DNA from: an uncultured Pseudomonadota bacterium
Lineage (GTDB): Bacteria; Pseudomonadota; Gammaproteobacteria; Burkholderiales; SG8-39
Assembly (NCBI GenBank): GCA_903921325.1
Contig: CAIXPL010000016.1
Span: 469,145-533,144 of the forward strand
Direction of reading: 5' to 3'
Length of the DNA: 64,000 nucleotides
Numbering within the stretch: position 1 is the first letter of the stretch; each line of letters begins with the position of its first letter. A program made the translations under genes and the position numbers. The notes beneath the pieces are model-generated. The model searched no databases and was not told the origin of the DNA. It saw only the letters and a program-made list of their open reading frames with translations. Positions 1 to 9,958 of the stretch are shown here, piece by piece.

Positions 1-78
1 GTCGGCATGGTTCTCCGCCGCATGCGTGAGCAGCGAGGAAATCAGCAGGGGTTGGTCCATCATCAAGCCGCGCAACAT
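1..78 (-). CDS. AMP-dependent synthetase/ligase (acyl-CoA ligase family), first 26 codons only; the gene runs off the window start
   Basis: Minus-strand ATG at 78 is preceded by GAGGAG. The translation MLRGLMMDQPLLISSLLTHAAENHAD resembles N-termini of fatty-acid-CoA ligases. It is absent from the ORF track because there is no in-window stop. Confidence 0.45.
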   Translation of the reverse strand, partial: MLRGLMMDQPLLISSLLTHAAENHAD

Positions 79-164
79 GGTGTCTCCTCAACCTTTTGGG
101 TTTTTCTGTTCGTAAGGTACTTTCGCTAACGCGTCGCCCCGCAAAAAGTATCCCACGAAGGACC

Positions 165-1073
165 TTATTTGTGGGGTGCCCGGCCTTTGCTCGACGCCAG
201 GTATACGCCCCAGGCGACAACGGCCAGCGCCACCAGGTGATACAGGTGGGCTTGCTCGTCCAGGAATACGATCGAGGCCAAGGCACCGAGCACCGCCGTT
301 ACGTTCGAGAACAGGCCGGCGATGGTTGGACCAACCCGCGGGACGGCATAGGCCCAGCACAGATAAGCGGCTATTGAAGGAAATATTGCCAAATACAGAA
401 TCGCAGCAATTGATTGCGGAACGAACTGAGCGTGCAGGCCGCTGTTGAGCTCCCACAGCCAGAACGGCACACAGGCAACCATGCCGGCGAGGCTCGCCAG
501 GTACATGAAACTCATGCCCGACAGCTCGGGCGGCTTCCAGCGCAGGCCCACCGTGTACAGCGCCCAGGCAAAGATCGCCACCATGATGATGAGATCGCCG
601 CGATTGAATTGCAATGTAATGAGCTGTACGAGATCGCCGTGCGCGGCGATCAGCGCGGTACCGAATAAACCGGCCAAAACCGATATCACCATGCGTAGTG
701 ACGCCCGCTCGGCGAGTGCCAGGCGGGTGAGCATCATGGTGAACACTGGAGCGGCCGCATTCATCAGTACCGCATTCATGCTGCTCGTGTATTGCACGCC
801 CCAGTAGCCCAGCAGCGAAAACGTGCTGGTGCCGATGGCGCCAAGCGTAATGATGCGCACCGGTTGCGCCCGCACGACAGGCCACTCGGCTATCAGCCGG
901 TGCAAGGCAAATGGCGTAAGCAGCAAGCTCACCACGGTCCAGCGCCAGAAGGCAAGCGTCATCGGCGGCACCAGTGCGCTGACGCCGCGTGCAAGAACCC
1001 AATTGCCTGCCCATGATGCAGAGGCAAGCAGCAGGGCAAGATAGGCGAGCGCTTTCGCGCTGGGAGGTCTCAA
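165..1073 (-). CDS. EamA/DMT-family transporter
   Basis: 302-aa ORF that is hydrophobic throughout with about 10 predicted TM segments. The N-terminus (LASASWAGNWVLARG) is typical of EamA. Confidence 0.75.
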   Translation of the reverse strand: MRPPSAKALAYLALLLASASWAGNWVLARGVSALVPPMTLAFWRWTVVSLLLTPFALHRLIAEWPVVRAQPVRIITLGAIGTSTFSLLGYWGVQYTSSMNAVLMNAAAPVFTMMLTRLALAERASLRMVISVLAGLFGTALIAAHGDLVQLITLQFNRGDLIIMVAIFAWALYTVGLRWKPPELSGMSFMYLASLAGMVACVPFWLWELNSGLHAQFVPQSIAAILYLAIFPSIAAYLCWAYAVPRVGPTIAGLFSNVTAVLGALASIVFLDEQAHLYHLVALAVVAWGVYLASSKGRAPHK

Positions 1074-1275
1074 ACCGGAGGGAAATTCGTTTTTTTGCGT
1101 TGTTTCGAACGGTACGACGGATGGATCTACGATGGCCTTTGGCGGGCGCTTGCCATCGTAACATTGCCGCCAGTCAATCCGGGCCGCGGGCGCAGGCTGT
1201 CTGCACGCCCGATACGGACGTATGATGGCCGGGTGGCGTCGTCGACGCGAGGGGTAACGGCCATGCCGTTCTGCG

Positions 1276-3540
1276 ATGACTAAGAAGACCGATCTGCTGG
1301 CGCTCCAGACCGCGCAAGGCGGTGGCGGGACGAACCCCGAAACCGGGGTGACGCAGGCCGTGGATCGCGCGGCTGCGGGTGCCGAGCTGATTGGCCGCGC
1401 CCGCAGTCTGGCCGAAGCGCACTATGGCGGATCGCATCTGAGCTCCGGTGAGTCGACCCTGGCCCATGCAGGCGCGATCGCACAAATCATTGAAAGCCTG
1501 CGGCTCGACCACGCGGCGGTTGTGACCGGCTGGCTGTTTTCGTTGCGCACGTGCATACCGCAACACATCGAGCGGGTACGTGAGCAGTTTGGCGATGAAG
1601 TGGCTACCCTTCTTGAGAACGTGGATCGGCTGCACAACCTGCGTCTGGTCACCCGTGGGGTGAGTACCCTGGAGGAAAAGGACGAGCTGCAGGAGCAGGT
1701 CGAGGTGCTGCGCAAGATGCTGCTTGCGATGGTCGATGATATTCGTGCCGTGCTGGTGCGTTTATCGAGTCGTACTCAGACCCTGCGTTACTTCATGTCC
1801 GGCAATATGGACAAGGCACGTCCCTATGCGCTTGAGACGATGCATGTGTATGCCCCGCTCGCCAATCGACTGGGGGTGTGGCAACTGAAGTGGGAGCTGG
1901 AAGATCTCTCGTTTCGCATTCTTGAGCCCGACACCTACAAGCGCATTGCCGGGTTGCTTGATGAGCGCCGCGATGAACGTGAGCGATTCATTGCATCCAC
2001 CATTGCAGCGGTGCAGCGTGAGCTGACCGACGCGGGCATCGTTGCCGAACTGAGCGGCCGCCCCAAGCATATCTATAGCATCTACAACAAGATGCGCTCG
2101 AAGGGTCGGGAGTTTGACGAGCTCTACGACTTGCGCGGCTTGCGGGTGATGGTAGACGACGTCAAGGACTGCTACACCGCACTGGGGGTGATACACAACC
2201 TGTGGACACCCATCCCCAAGGAGTTCGATGACTATATCTCGCGCCCCAAGCCCAATGATTACCGCAGCCTGCACACGGCGGTGATTGGTCCTGACGGCCG
2301 TGCGCTCGAGGTGCAGATCCGCACCCACGAGATGCATCGCCAGGCCGAGCTGGGTGTGGCAGCGCACTGGCGTTACAAGGAAGGGGGCAATCGACCAGCC
2401 AGCCCGTCGGAGCAGCGCATCGCCTGGTTGCGCCAGGTGCTTGCCTGGCGTGATGAGTATGTCGATGCGGCGCAATGGCGCGAGCAGGCCCGCCAGGCGG
2501 CCGTGGATGACACGGTCTATGTCCTCACACCGCAGGGCCGAGTGCTTGATCTTCCGCGCGGGGCAACGCCAGTAGACTTTGCCTACCACGTGCACACCGA
2601 TCTTGGTCATCGCTGCCGCGGTGCAAAGGTCGATGGCACCATGGTGCCGCTTGACTACAAGTTGGAGAATGGTCAGCGAGTGGACATCATCGCGGCAAAA
2701 ACCGGTGGGCCCAGTGCCGACTGGTTGAACCCCAATCTGGGGTATCTCGCCTCGGGCCGCGCACGCAACAAGGTGCGGCAGTGGTTCAACGCGGTTGAAT
2801 TGCGCGAGACCGCGGCCAACGGGCGTGCGCTGCTTGAGCGCGAATTACGCCGCGAAGGGCGCACCGGGGCCAATCTGGATGCCCTGGCCGTGAAACTGGG
2901 GCACGCCAAAGCCGACGAGTTATTTGTCGCCCTGGGGCGTGACGAAGTGGGTACAAATATACTGCGCACGGCGATCCGTGAAGGCGGCGCCCACACCGGA
3001 GCTTCCGCACATTCAAATGCGCATTCGCCGTCGCAACCGCATGCGGTTGCGCCACCGCGCCCGCCCGCTCGGCCCAGCGCGCCGCGTGCCGGCAACCGTG
3101 GAGTGCTGGTCTCCGGGGCAGAGGGGGTCATGGTGCAGTTTGCCAAATGCTGCCGTCCGGCACCGCCTGATGCGATCGCGGGGTTCGTCACGCGGGGGCG
3201 GGGTGTCTCTGTCCATCGCATGGATTGCCGCAGCCTGGCAGCGCTTACCCGCGATGAGCCAGAGCGCGCGGTCGTGGTGACCTGGGCGGAACAGGGTTCT
3301 GGCGGGGTCTATGCTGTGGACGTTCATGTGCGTGCGAGCGATCGTCAAGGGCTGCTGCGCGATATCTCCGAGGTGTTCAGCCGTGAGCGCATCAATGTGA
3401 TTGGCGTGAACACACTCAGCCGCAACGGCATGGCCATGATGGACTTCACCGTTGAGGTGAGCGGCGTGCCGGCGCTCAAGCGTGCGCTGGAATTGGTGCG
3501 CGAAGTCTCAGGGGTGCAGCAAGCAGGGCGTCGGGTCTAG
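1276..3540 (+). CDS. relA: GTP pyrophosphokinase, RelA-type (p)ppGpp synthetase
   Basis: 754 aa with a RelA/SpoT synthetase core (YRSLHTAV, EVQIRTHEMH), a TGS-like region and a C-terminal ACT-like region. The hydrolase HD motif is not evident, so RelA is favoured over SpoT. Confidence 0.85.
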   Translation: MTKKTDLLALQTAQGGGGTNPETGVTQAVDRAAAGAELIGRARSLAEAHYGGSHLSSGESTLAHAGAIAQIIESLRLDHAAVVTGWLFSLRTCIPQHIERVREQFGDEVATLLENVDRLHNLRLVTRGVSTLEEKDELQEQVEVLRKMLLAMVDDIRAVLVRLSSRTQTLRYFMSGNMDKARPYALETMHVYAPLANRLGVWQLKWELEDLSFRILEPDTYKRIAGLLDERRDERERFIASTIAAVQRELTDAGIVAELSGRPKHIYSIYNKMRSKGREFDELYDLRGLRVMVDDVKDCYTALGVIHNLWTPIPKEFDDYISRPKPNDYRSLHTAVIGPDGRALEVQIRTHEMHRQAELGVAAHWRYKEGGNRPASPSEQRIAWLRQVLAWRDEYVDAAQWREQARQAAVDDTVYVLTPQGRVLDLPRGATPVDFAYHVHTDLGHRCRGAKVDGTMVPLDYKLENGQRVDIIAAKTGGPSADWLNPNLGYLASGRARNKVRQWFNAVELRETAANGRALLERELRREGRTGANLDALAVKLGHAKADELFVALGRDEVGTNILRTAIREGGAHTGASAHSNAHSPSQPHAVAPPRPPARPSAPRAGNRGVLVSGAEGVMVQFAKCCRPAPPDAIAGFVTRGRGVSVHRMDCRSLAALTRDEPERAVVVTWAEQGSGGVYAVDVHVRASDRQGLLRDISEVFSRERINVIGVNTLSRNGMAMMDFTVEVSGVPALKRALELVREVSGVQQAGRRV

Positions 3541-3634
3541 GCGGGCGGCACGCCGGAGTGAGGCGCGCGGCTCGTTCGCCGAGGGCGCATTCCCGCTGCA
3601 GCATCAATTTGCGTGGTGCGGTGCTCGCTGCCGC

Positions 3635-4861
3635 TTAGCGATGCGGGTAGCGGCGCGCGATCAAACTCACATTATTGCCACCAAAACCGAAGGAGTTGGT
3701 CATCGCTACCTCGAGGCCGGGCATGGCACGACTGCCCTCGGCAACGTAGTCAAGATCACATTCGATATCGGCGTGCGCAAGGTGCGCGGTAGGTGGCACG
3801 ACCCGGTTGCGCAGCGTCTCTACCAGCGCCACCATTTCCAGGGCGCCGGTGGCGCCCATCAAGTGGCCATGCAAGGCTTTGGTCGCGCTGATGGCAAGGG
3901 CCTGTGCGCGCGGGCCAAATACTGCCCTGATGGCCCGTGTCTCAACCAGATCGCCTACTTTCGTGCCGGTGCCATGGGCATTCACGTGCTGAATGTGCGC
4001 TGGCTCAAGGCCTGCGGCAGCAATGGCCTGGGACATCGCCGCTGCCTGTCCCGTCATGTCCGGTTGGGCAATGTGTCGCGCATCGGTGGTGTTGGCATAC
4101 CCGATGATTTCGGCCAGTATCGTTGCGCCGCGTGCGCACGCGGCATCATGGTCCTCGAGGATCAGCGTGGCAGCGCCTTCGCCGAGTACGAAGCCGCTGC
4201 GGTCCGCCGCAAACGGTCGCGACGATGTTTCGGGACGTGCCGGATCGGGTGTGGCCAAAGTGTGCAGCGATTGCCAGGCCTTGACTACACCCTCGGTGAG
4301 CAAGGCTTCGGCGCCACCGACAATCGCCATAGGCACCAAGCCAAAACGGATTGCCCGATAGGCCTCGCCAATTGCCACCGCCGAGGACGAACAGGCCGAG
4401 GAATAAGTATGGCTGGGACCCTGAATCCCGAGTTCAATCGCAATGTGTGCGGCGGGGGCGTTGTTCATTGCCGCCACGATGGTCATCGGACGAACTCGCT
4501 CAGCGTGCTCCACGTAGAGATCGCGATAGGTTTGCTCAAGGGTCTGTGCGCCGCCCATGCCAGTGCCCCAGTAAATGCCGCTTGCATGCAAGGGTGTACT
4601 GAGGCGTTCGAGGCCGGACTGCGCGAGGGCTTGCCCGGTGGCAAGAAGTGCCAGCTGCGTGACCCGGTCATAGGCGATTCGACGCATCTTCGGAAACGGC
4701 GAGTCGATATCGGCCGACACCCGGGCGACCAGGGTAGATCCCCAGTCAAACGCATGCATCGTGATACCCGAGCGCGCGGCAAGCAGCGCCTGGTAGAAGC
4801 TGCTCACATCGGCGCCGATGGCGCAGATCGCGCCAGTGCCGGTGATGACGACCCGCTTCAC
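3635..4861 (-). CDS. beta-ketoacyl-ACP synthase (KAS I/II, FabF-like)
   Basis: 408 aa with a Cys-His-His triad (SSACSSS, NAHGTGT, HGHLMGATG). It overlaps the upstream ACP gene by 4 nt. Confidence 0.85.
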   Translation of the reverse strand: MKRVVITGTGAICAIGADVSSFYQALLAARSGITMHAFDWGSTLVARVSADIDSPFPKMRRIAYDRVTQLALLATGQALAQSGLERLSTPLHASGIYWGTGMGGAQTLEQTYRDLYVEHAERVRPMTIVAAMNNAPAAHIAIELGIQGPSHTYSSACSSSAVAIGEAYRAIRFGLVPMAIVGGAEALLTEGVVKAWQSLHTLATPDPARPETSSRPFAADRSGFVLGEGAATLILEDHDAACARGATILAEIIGYANTTDARHIAQPDMTGQAAAMSQAIAAAGLEPAHIQHVNAHGTGTKVGDLVETRAIRAVFGPRAQALAISATKALHGHLMGATGALEMVALVETLRNRVVPPTAHLAHADIECDLDYVAEGSRAMPGLEVAMTNSFGFGGNNVSLIARRYPHR

Positions 4862-5097
4862 TGCGATTGCGCGTCCAGAAGCCTGTCCACTTCGCGGGCA
4901 ATATCGCCAATTGTCTTGATGGCGACTGCTTCCTCAGGCATTTTCAGCTTGAAGGTGTCCTCGATGAGAAACATGAATTCAATGGTGGCGAGCGAATCGA
5001 TGTTGAGTTCTTCCAGCGTCGTCGCGGGTTCGACCTGGTGCTCGCTCAGGCCGAATTCCTTGATCAGCAGGGACTGTATGGCATTGAGAGAACTCAT
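4858..5097 (-). CDS. acyl carrier protein
   Basis: 79 aa and acidic, with a phosphopantetheine attachment motif (LNIDSLATIEF). Confidence 0.85.
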   Translation of the reverse strand: MSSLNAIQSLLIKEFGLSEHQVEPATTLEELNIDSLATIEFMFLIEDTFKLKMPEEAVAIKTIGDIAREVDRLLDAQSQ

Positions 5098-5109
5098 GGC
5101 ACTCGATGC

Positions 5110-5874
5110 TCAGGCGATCAGTTTTTCGGCGTGTGGCGAGGGCAGGGTTGGTTCGCAACGCTGCCGCACAAAGTCCAGTGTTTCTTGTACAACAAGATCC
5201 TTGTCGTTATCCATCGTGATGATGTGATAACTATTCTCAAGAATCACCAAGCGCTTGATTGCTGAGGCGATACGTTGTTCGACGCAATAGGCGCTGCGCA
5301 GGCTGCTGGTGTCGTCCTCGCGCGCATGCAGGATCAACGTGGGCACCGTGATCTGGTTCATGTGGGCGCGCAAGTGACGCATCATACGCTCGGTCTGATA
5401 TACCCCGACCATTGACAATTTGGATGCGCCTGCCGCGCTTTTCCCGCTATTTTTCATTTGCGCCGCGATCCACTGGCGAACCCGGCCATCCTTCAGCCCG
5501 TAGGGTGGCCGTTCGTGGAAATACATCACGTAGCGAAGCGGCGTGTAGTAGGCGAGTGCGCGAACGAGCCGCAATCGGGTGATGTTCCAGCCGTCGTAGT
5601 AAAGGGTCGTGGAATACAGACACAGGCTGTGAATGTCGGCGCTGCGCTTGATCGCCAGTGCGAGTGCGAGGTCGGCCCCGACGCAAACCCCAGCCACGCT
5701 CACCGAGTCGTATTCGGCGCGCAGGGTCTCAAAGTGCGTTTCAACCTGATCAGACCAGTCCTCCCAGGTCGTGCGCCATGCGCGGCCAGTGCTGTCGGCA
5801 ACACCGCAGCCGCGGATGTAGGGAATGGATATGCTATAGCCCGCCTGGTTGAGCTTGCGCCCAACAAAGTGCAT
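5110..5874 (-). CDS. alpha/beta-fold hydrolase with a GxCxG nucleophile box; the true 5' end is probably upstream (frame open to 6015)
   Basis: The nucleophile elbow GVCVG is encoded at 5677-5691. The in-frame upstream sequence encodes GGRHAFLLLHG (the oxyanion HG motif), but there is no ATG/GTG/TTG between 5875 and the TGA at 6016-6018. Confidence 0.7.
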   Translation of the reverse strand: MHFVGRKLNQAGYSISIPYIRGCGVADSTGRAWRTTWEDWSDQVETHFETLRAEYDSVSVAGVCVGADLALALAIKRSADIHSLCLYSTTLYYDGWNITRLRLVRALAYYTPLRYVMYFHERPPYGLKDGRVRQWIAAQMKNSGKSAAGASKLSMVGVYQTERMMRHLRAHMNQITVPTLILHAREDDTSSLRSAYCVEQRIASAIKRLVILENSYHIITMDNDKDLVVQETLDFVRQRCEPTLPSPHAEKLIA

Positions 5875-6161
5875 CTCCTGCGGGCTGCTATACAGTCCGT
5901 GCAGCAGCAGGAAGGCGTGCCGACCTCCATTGAGGCTTATCCCGTTGATTTTGAATCCCTCTGTGATGCGGCGCCCATCTCGATCCTGTTCGATCTCAAG
6001 CCGGTAGGTGCCTGATCATAAAGCAGGAATTCGACTTGGTAAGCCCCGGAATGCCGCGTGAGGCTTGAATGTAACAGATTGTATCGGCAGGCATTCGCGT
6101 GCCAAACGTGAATCGAATTCAAGTCCCGGCGGGCGCGCGGCGAGGCAATCCCGCAACAGAA

Positions 6162-7370
6162 TCAGCGCGCTTTCATGTCGGTAACCTGAACAACCGCTGC
6201 CATTGCGCTGTCCCCGGCTGCGCAACCATGAAACAGCCCCACGCCGCCGCCGCGGATCACCAGCTCTTCGATCAGCTCGATGATCGCACGCAGGCCGGTG
6301 GGGCCTTGCGGATGGCCCCATACCAGCGAGCAGCCATAGTTGTTCATCCGTGCGATGTCATAACCGGTCTCGCGGGCAAAACAGATGTCATTCACCGTGA
6401 ACGGGTTGTGTGATTTCACGCAATCAATCTGGGCGATGCCGATGCCGGCGGCCTGCAGTGCCCGGCGTGCGGCACCCACCGGGGCCTCGGGCATGTGGGC
6501 GAGCGTGGTGCGCGACAGTCCGAAGCCACGTAGTTCAATCTCGATGCCGGCATCCGCTGCGAGTTCGCGTGCACGATCCCGAGTGGTGACGATTGTGGCT
6601 GCGCTGCCATCGGCCGGGTGGGTTTGCGAGCCAAAGGTGACTGAGCCGCCCTCGCGCACTGGTTTCAGTGTCGCCAGACCTTCGCGGGTGGTGGCATGAA
6701 TACCCTCATCACCGTCCAGCATGGATTGCGTTTTGCGCAGCCTGCTATCGGGTACCGCAAAGGGCAGACTCATATAGCGCCGGTGAAACGCGTGATCGTT
6801 GGCACAGGCCGCAGCGTATTGCGCATAGCGCATGAGGGCCACCTCGTCCTGCTCGTCGCGCGAAATGCCGTATTTGCGGGCGACGTTTTCGGCGGTATCC
6901 ACCATGGCATGATGGCCCAGCGGATCGTTGGAAAAATTATCGAGTACCCAGTCTTCGTGTTCGCCGGTGCCACCGGGTCCGCCCGGGGCAGGAAAGTACA
7001 AGTGCGGCCCGTTCGAGCACTTGTCGGCGCTGATCGCCAGTGCAACCGTGGCCGCACCGCCATCGACCTCGCGCGCCGCCATATTGAGTAACTGTACCGA
7101 GGTGGCGCAGGCCTGATTGATGGTGGGGCCGGTTACCTGCGGCGCGCCGAGCAAACCGGTCACCCAGGGCAGTCCATAGAAGCTGCTGCGAGAGGGTACC
7201 GTGGTGCCAAGCACACCCCAGTCGAGTATGCTCGGGTCAATGTTTCGTGTTGCCAGCTCCTGTTTGGCGACCCAGGCGCCAAATTCAAGCGGGTGCAGAT
7301 GCGCAAAGGCACCTTGCCAGCGGGCAAACGGCGTGGACCAATAGGCACCATACGGTATGAAAGCATTCAT
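6162..7370 (-). CDS. thiolase-family acetyl-CoA acyltransferase
   Basis: Catalytic residues are present: Cys in NQACATS, His in SHNPF, and Cys in HGCAAG. The start at ATG 7370 (MNAFIPYGAYW) is preferred; the ORF track extends to 7451. Confidence 0.8.
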   Translation of the reverse strand: MNAFIPYGAYWSTPFARWQGAFAHLHPLEFGAWVAKQELATRNIDPSILDWGVLGTTVPSRSSFYGLPWVTGLLGAPQVTGPTINQACATSVQLLNMAAREVDGGAATVALAISADKCSNGPHLYFPAPGGPGGTGEHEDWVLDNFSNDPLGHHAMVDTAENVARKYGISRDEQDEVALMRYAQYAAACANDHAFHRRYMSLPFAVPDSRLRKTQSMLDGDEGIHATTREGLATLKPVREGGSVTFGSQTHPADGSAATIVTTRDRARELAADAGIEIELRGFGLSRTTLAHMPEAPVGAARRALQAAGIGIAQIDCVKSHNPFTVNDICFARETGYDIARMNNYGCSLVWGHPQGPTGLRAIIELIEELVIRGGGVGLFHGCAAGDSAMAAVVQVTDMKAR

Positions 7371-7608
7371 GGAACGAAACACCAGAAAGGACACGGTCGA
7401 GCGCCGGGGTATCCCGTTCAATCGGCGGTGTGGGTTGGGCAGGGTGGTCATGATACCGCTCGCGCTGGTGCCGTTTGCCGGTCAGCTTATGTCCGGAGGG
7501 GCGAACGCCGAGACGGTCCCTGTCGCACTGGAACGCAGGTGAGGCGCCGGTGATTGCTCACCTGATATCGGGATCGGGCATAATCCGCGGCTTTTGGAGG
7601 AGCCTTTC

Positions 7609-8190
7609 ATGGAGATTGAAGTGAGCACCGAGGCTGGTGAAGGTCACTCCGGCCGCAATCGTCGCACGGCACTCATCATCGCAGTTCTCGCCTTGTGTCT
7701 ATCGATCTCCGAGACGCTGGGCAAGGGTGCCCAGACCGAAGCGTTGAGCGCCAATGTGGAGGCATCGAATCTGTGGGGCTTCTACCAGGCAAAGACCTTG
7801 CGACAGACCACCCTCAAAGTGGCCAGCGACACGCTCAAGATCCAGTCAATGAGCACGACTGCCGCGGAGGCGAAGGAGGCGATCGAGGGGCAGTTGGGGA
7901 AGTGGGCCGAGACCATTGCTCGTTATGAGTCGGAACCCGCAACGGGCGAGGGGCGCAAAGAGCTGATGGCGCGTGCCAAGGCAGCCGAAGAGAGCCGCGA
8001 TCATTCCCTGGCGGCCTATCACCAGTTTGAGCTTGCCTCGGCGGCGCTGCAGATCGCCGTGGTGCTGGCCTCGGCACAGATCATCACCGGTGCCACGTTC
8101 CTGCTCTGGATTGTCGGGGTGTTGGGGATCACGGGCATTGCCTTTTGCGCGATCGGATTCTTCGCACCTCTGGCGCTGCATTTATTCTAG
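7609..8190 (+). CDS. DUF4337-family membrane protein
   Basis: A GGAGGA sequence lies 7 nt upstream of ATG 7609. The N-terminal TM segment followed by EASNLWGFYQAKTLRQ, plus C-terminal TM segments, matches my recollection of DUF4337. Confidence 0.55.
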   Translation: MEIEVSTEAGEGHSGRNRRTALIIAVLALCLSISETLGKGAQTEALSANVEASNLWGFYQAKTLRQTTLKVASDTLKIQSMSTTAAEAKEAIEGQLGKWAETIARYESEPATGEGRKELMARAKAAEESRDHSLAAYHQFELASAALQIAVVLASAQIITGATFLLWIVGVLGITGIAFCAIGFFAPLALHLF

Positions 8191-8269
8191 GAACGATCGC
8201 CAGGACCGCGTCCTGCCAGCGCGGGCCAGGCTGGGTAGTCATCGACCGTTCCCGTTTCCGCGCGCCCGA

Positions 8270-9799
8270 TCAGTAGGTGCCGGGCGCCGCTGACTCAGGT
8301 GCCCACGCGCCGCCGGCACGGCTGCGAATCTGATGCAGCGACGTTGCGGCCTCCCGCGCCAGTGCCACGGTGTCGATGCCAACGAGTCGACCGCCATGCT
8401 TCACAAAATGTCCATCGACCACCACGCTATCGATGTTGGCGACGGTGGCAGCGCGCACCAGTGCCGAGTAGACATTGGCAGCCGGCACCATGTTGAGGTC
8501 GGTGGCGCGGATCATCAACAGGTCGGCCCGCTTGCCCGGGGTGAGCGAGCCGACGCGATCGGCGATACCCAATGCGCGAGCGCCATTGATGGTGGCCATT
8601 TCAAGGCAATCGCGAAAGCTGATGCGCGCCAGCTTTTCGGTGGCAGTGCCACGCCAGGGCACACCGAGATACCAGACCGTGCTCATCTGGTCGAACATCG
8701 ATACGCTTGCAAGGGTCGTTGCATCGAGGGACAGGCAGACATTGATGCCCTCTGCCTTCATGTGCAGCACCTGTGCACGAAAGTCACCTTCGCCCTGCAG
8801 CCTCAGTTCCGATTGCGGTGCAAAGCTCACCGACGCACCGACCGCGCGAATCGCCGCGCGATCGGCCTCGGTCTGCATCAGGGCATGCACGAGTACCGTA
8901 TCCGATGCGATCAGCCCATCGGCGTGCAGCTTGGCCGCTGATACATAGGCAAAGCGCGATTGTCCGGTGTGAACGACCACCGGAAGCTTCGCGGCCAACG
9001 CCGCGCGATACTCAATGGCATAGACCGCCGGTGTTGAAAGCGCCGGTCCGCGCGGCGCCACGCCCAGTTGCAGCAGGGCACCTGCCTTGGGTGAGGTCGG
9101 ACCGAACCATTCACGCTGGACGCGCAGCACGTCGTCAATGGGCATCACCTCCTCGTTGGGCATGGGGTCGCGGTTGCCGTAGGAATAGCGCCCGCGCAGA
9201 CCGCTTGCCGCCATCGCTGCGAGCTCAGCATCGACGTGGGCGGGTGTACGGGTGCTGTGAGCGAAATTGTTGACCGTGGTGAGGCCTGCTGCTGCCGCCT
9301 CGGCCAAACCGAGGCGATTGCCGATTGAATAGTCCTCGGGAGTGAAATGCGGCATGAGCGCATTCTTGAGCGGGAAGTACTCGACGCCATCGCGCAGCAT
9401 GTTGCGCGTGACCGAGCTCCATACGTGCCAGTGGGTTTCAACGAAGCCGGGCATCACGATCATGCCGCTGCCATCGAGCACAGGGCCGTTGCGGCCGGAT
9501 GCCGCGCCTGGCCCGACCGCCTCAATGATCCCATCACGGACCACCACATCGGCGGCGGCAAAATCGCCAACGCTTCGGTCCATGCTGACCACAACCGCAT
9601 TGCGTATCGTGAACGTGGGTTCTCTGGGTGTCGGCGTACGCGCCGGTGCCATCACGCTGCAACCGGGCAGGGTGCCGGCGCCAGCGAACCCGAGACCGCC
9701 AGCCAGCGCGGCGCCGAGCAGACGGCGACGCTCAAAGTTTGGCGCTGCTTGTCTGAGCGGTTCTTGAATTGAAACGGCGCGACGGTCTTGTTGTGTCAT
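8270..9799 (-). CDS. metal-dependent amidohydrolase with a twin-arginine signal
   Basis: HxH motif (FVETHWHVW) and a Tat-like ERRRLLGAALAGGLG signal. The start at ATG 9799 has an AGGAAG Shine-Dalgarno sequence. Confidence 0.75.
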   Translation of the reverse strand: MTQQDRRAVSIQEPLRQAAPNFERRRLLGAALAGGLGFAGAGTLPGCSVMAPARTPTPREPTFTIRNAVVVSMDRSVGDFAAADVVVRDGIIEAVGPGAASGRNGPVLDGSGMIVMPGFVETHWHVWSSVTRNMLRDGVEYFPLKNALMPHFTPEDYSIGNRLGLAEAAAAGLTTVNNFAHSTRTPAHVDAELAAMAASGLRGRYSYGNRDPMPNEEVMPIDDVLRVQREWFGPTSPKAGALLQLGVAPRGPALSTPAVYAIEYRAALAAKLPVVVHTGQSRFAYVSAAKLHADGLIASDTVLVHALMQTEADRAAIRAVGASVSFAPQSELRLQGEGDFRAQVLHMKAEGINVCLSLDATTLASVSMFDQMSTVWYLGVPWRGTATEKLARISFRDCLEMATINGARALGIADRVGSLTPGKRADLLMIRATDLNMVPAANVYSALVRAATVANIDSVVVDGHFVKHGGRLVGIDTVALAREAATSLHQIRSRAGGAWAPESAAPGTY

Positions 9800-9866
9800 G
9801 GCAGGCTTCCTGATGAACCTTGATTGAAGTGTAACTGACGCGACATATCGTGTGCCCATGCTGGCA

Positions 9867-9958
9867 CCCTCTCGCGCGGGCGCGCGCTCACCGCATAGGT
9901 GGCGGCGCGCCGTGCCGGCAAGTGCATCCCTCTCGCGCGGGCGCGCGCTGACCGCATA
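9867..9958. repeat. two copies of a 31-bp direct repeat (30/31 identical) in a divergent intergenic region
   Basis: ccctctcgcgcgggcgcgcgctSaccgcata occurs at 9867-9897 and 9928-9958. A 10-bp inverted repeat, ggcaagtgca (9917-9926) and tgcacttgcc (9964-9973), brackets copy 2. Confidence 0.85.

Noticed and set aside
88-1164. 358-aa minus-strand ORF overlapping the DMT transporter in another frame
   Set aside because: The translation is Arg/Ala/Gly-rich nonsense, and the 165-1073 frame gives a coherent 10-TM EamA protein.
3482-5227. 581-aa plus-strand ORF spanning the KAS and ACP region
   Set aside because: It is antisense to two genes with clear catalytic motifs, and its translation is Arg/Gly/Ala-rich with no recognisable domain. 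This is a typical shadow ORF of GC-rich DNA.
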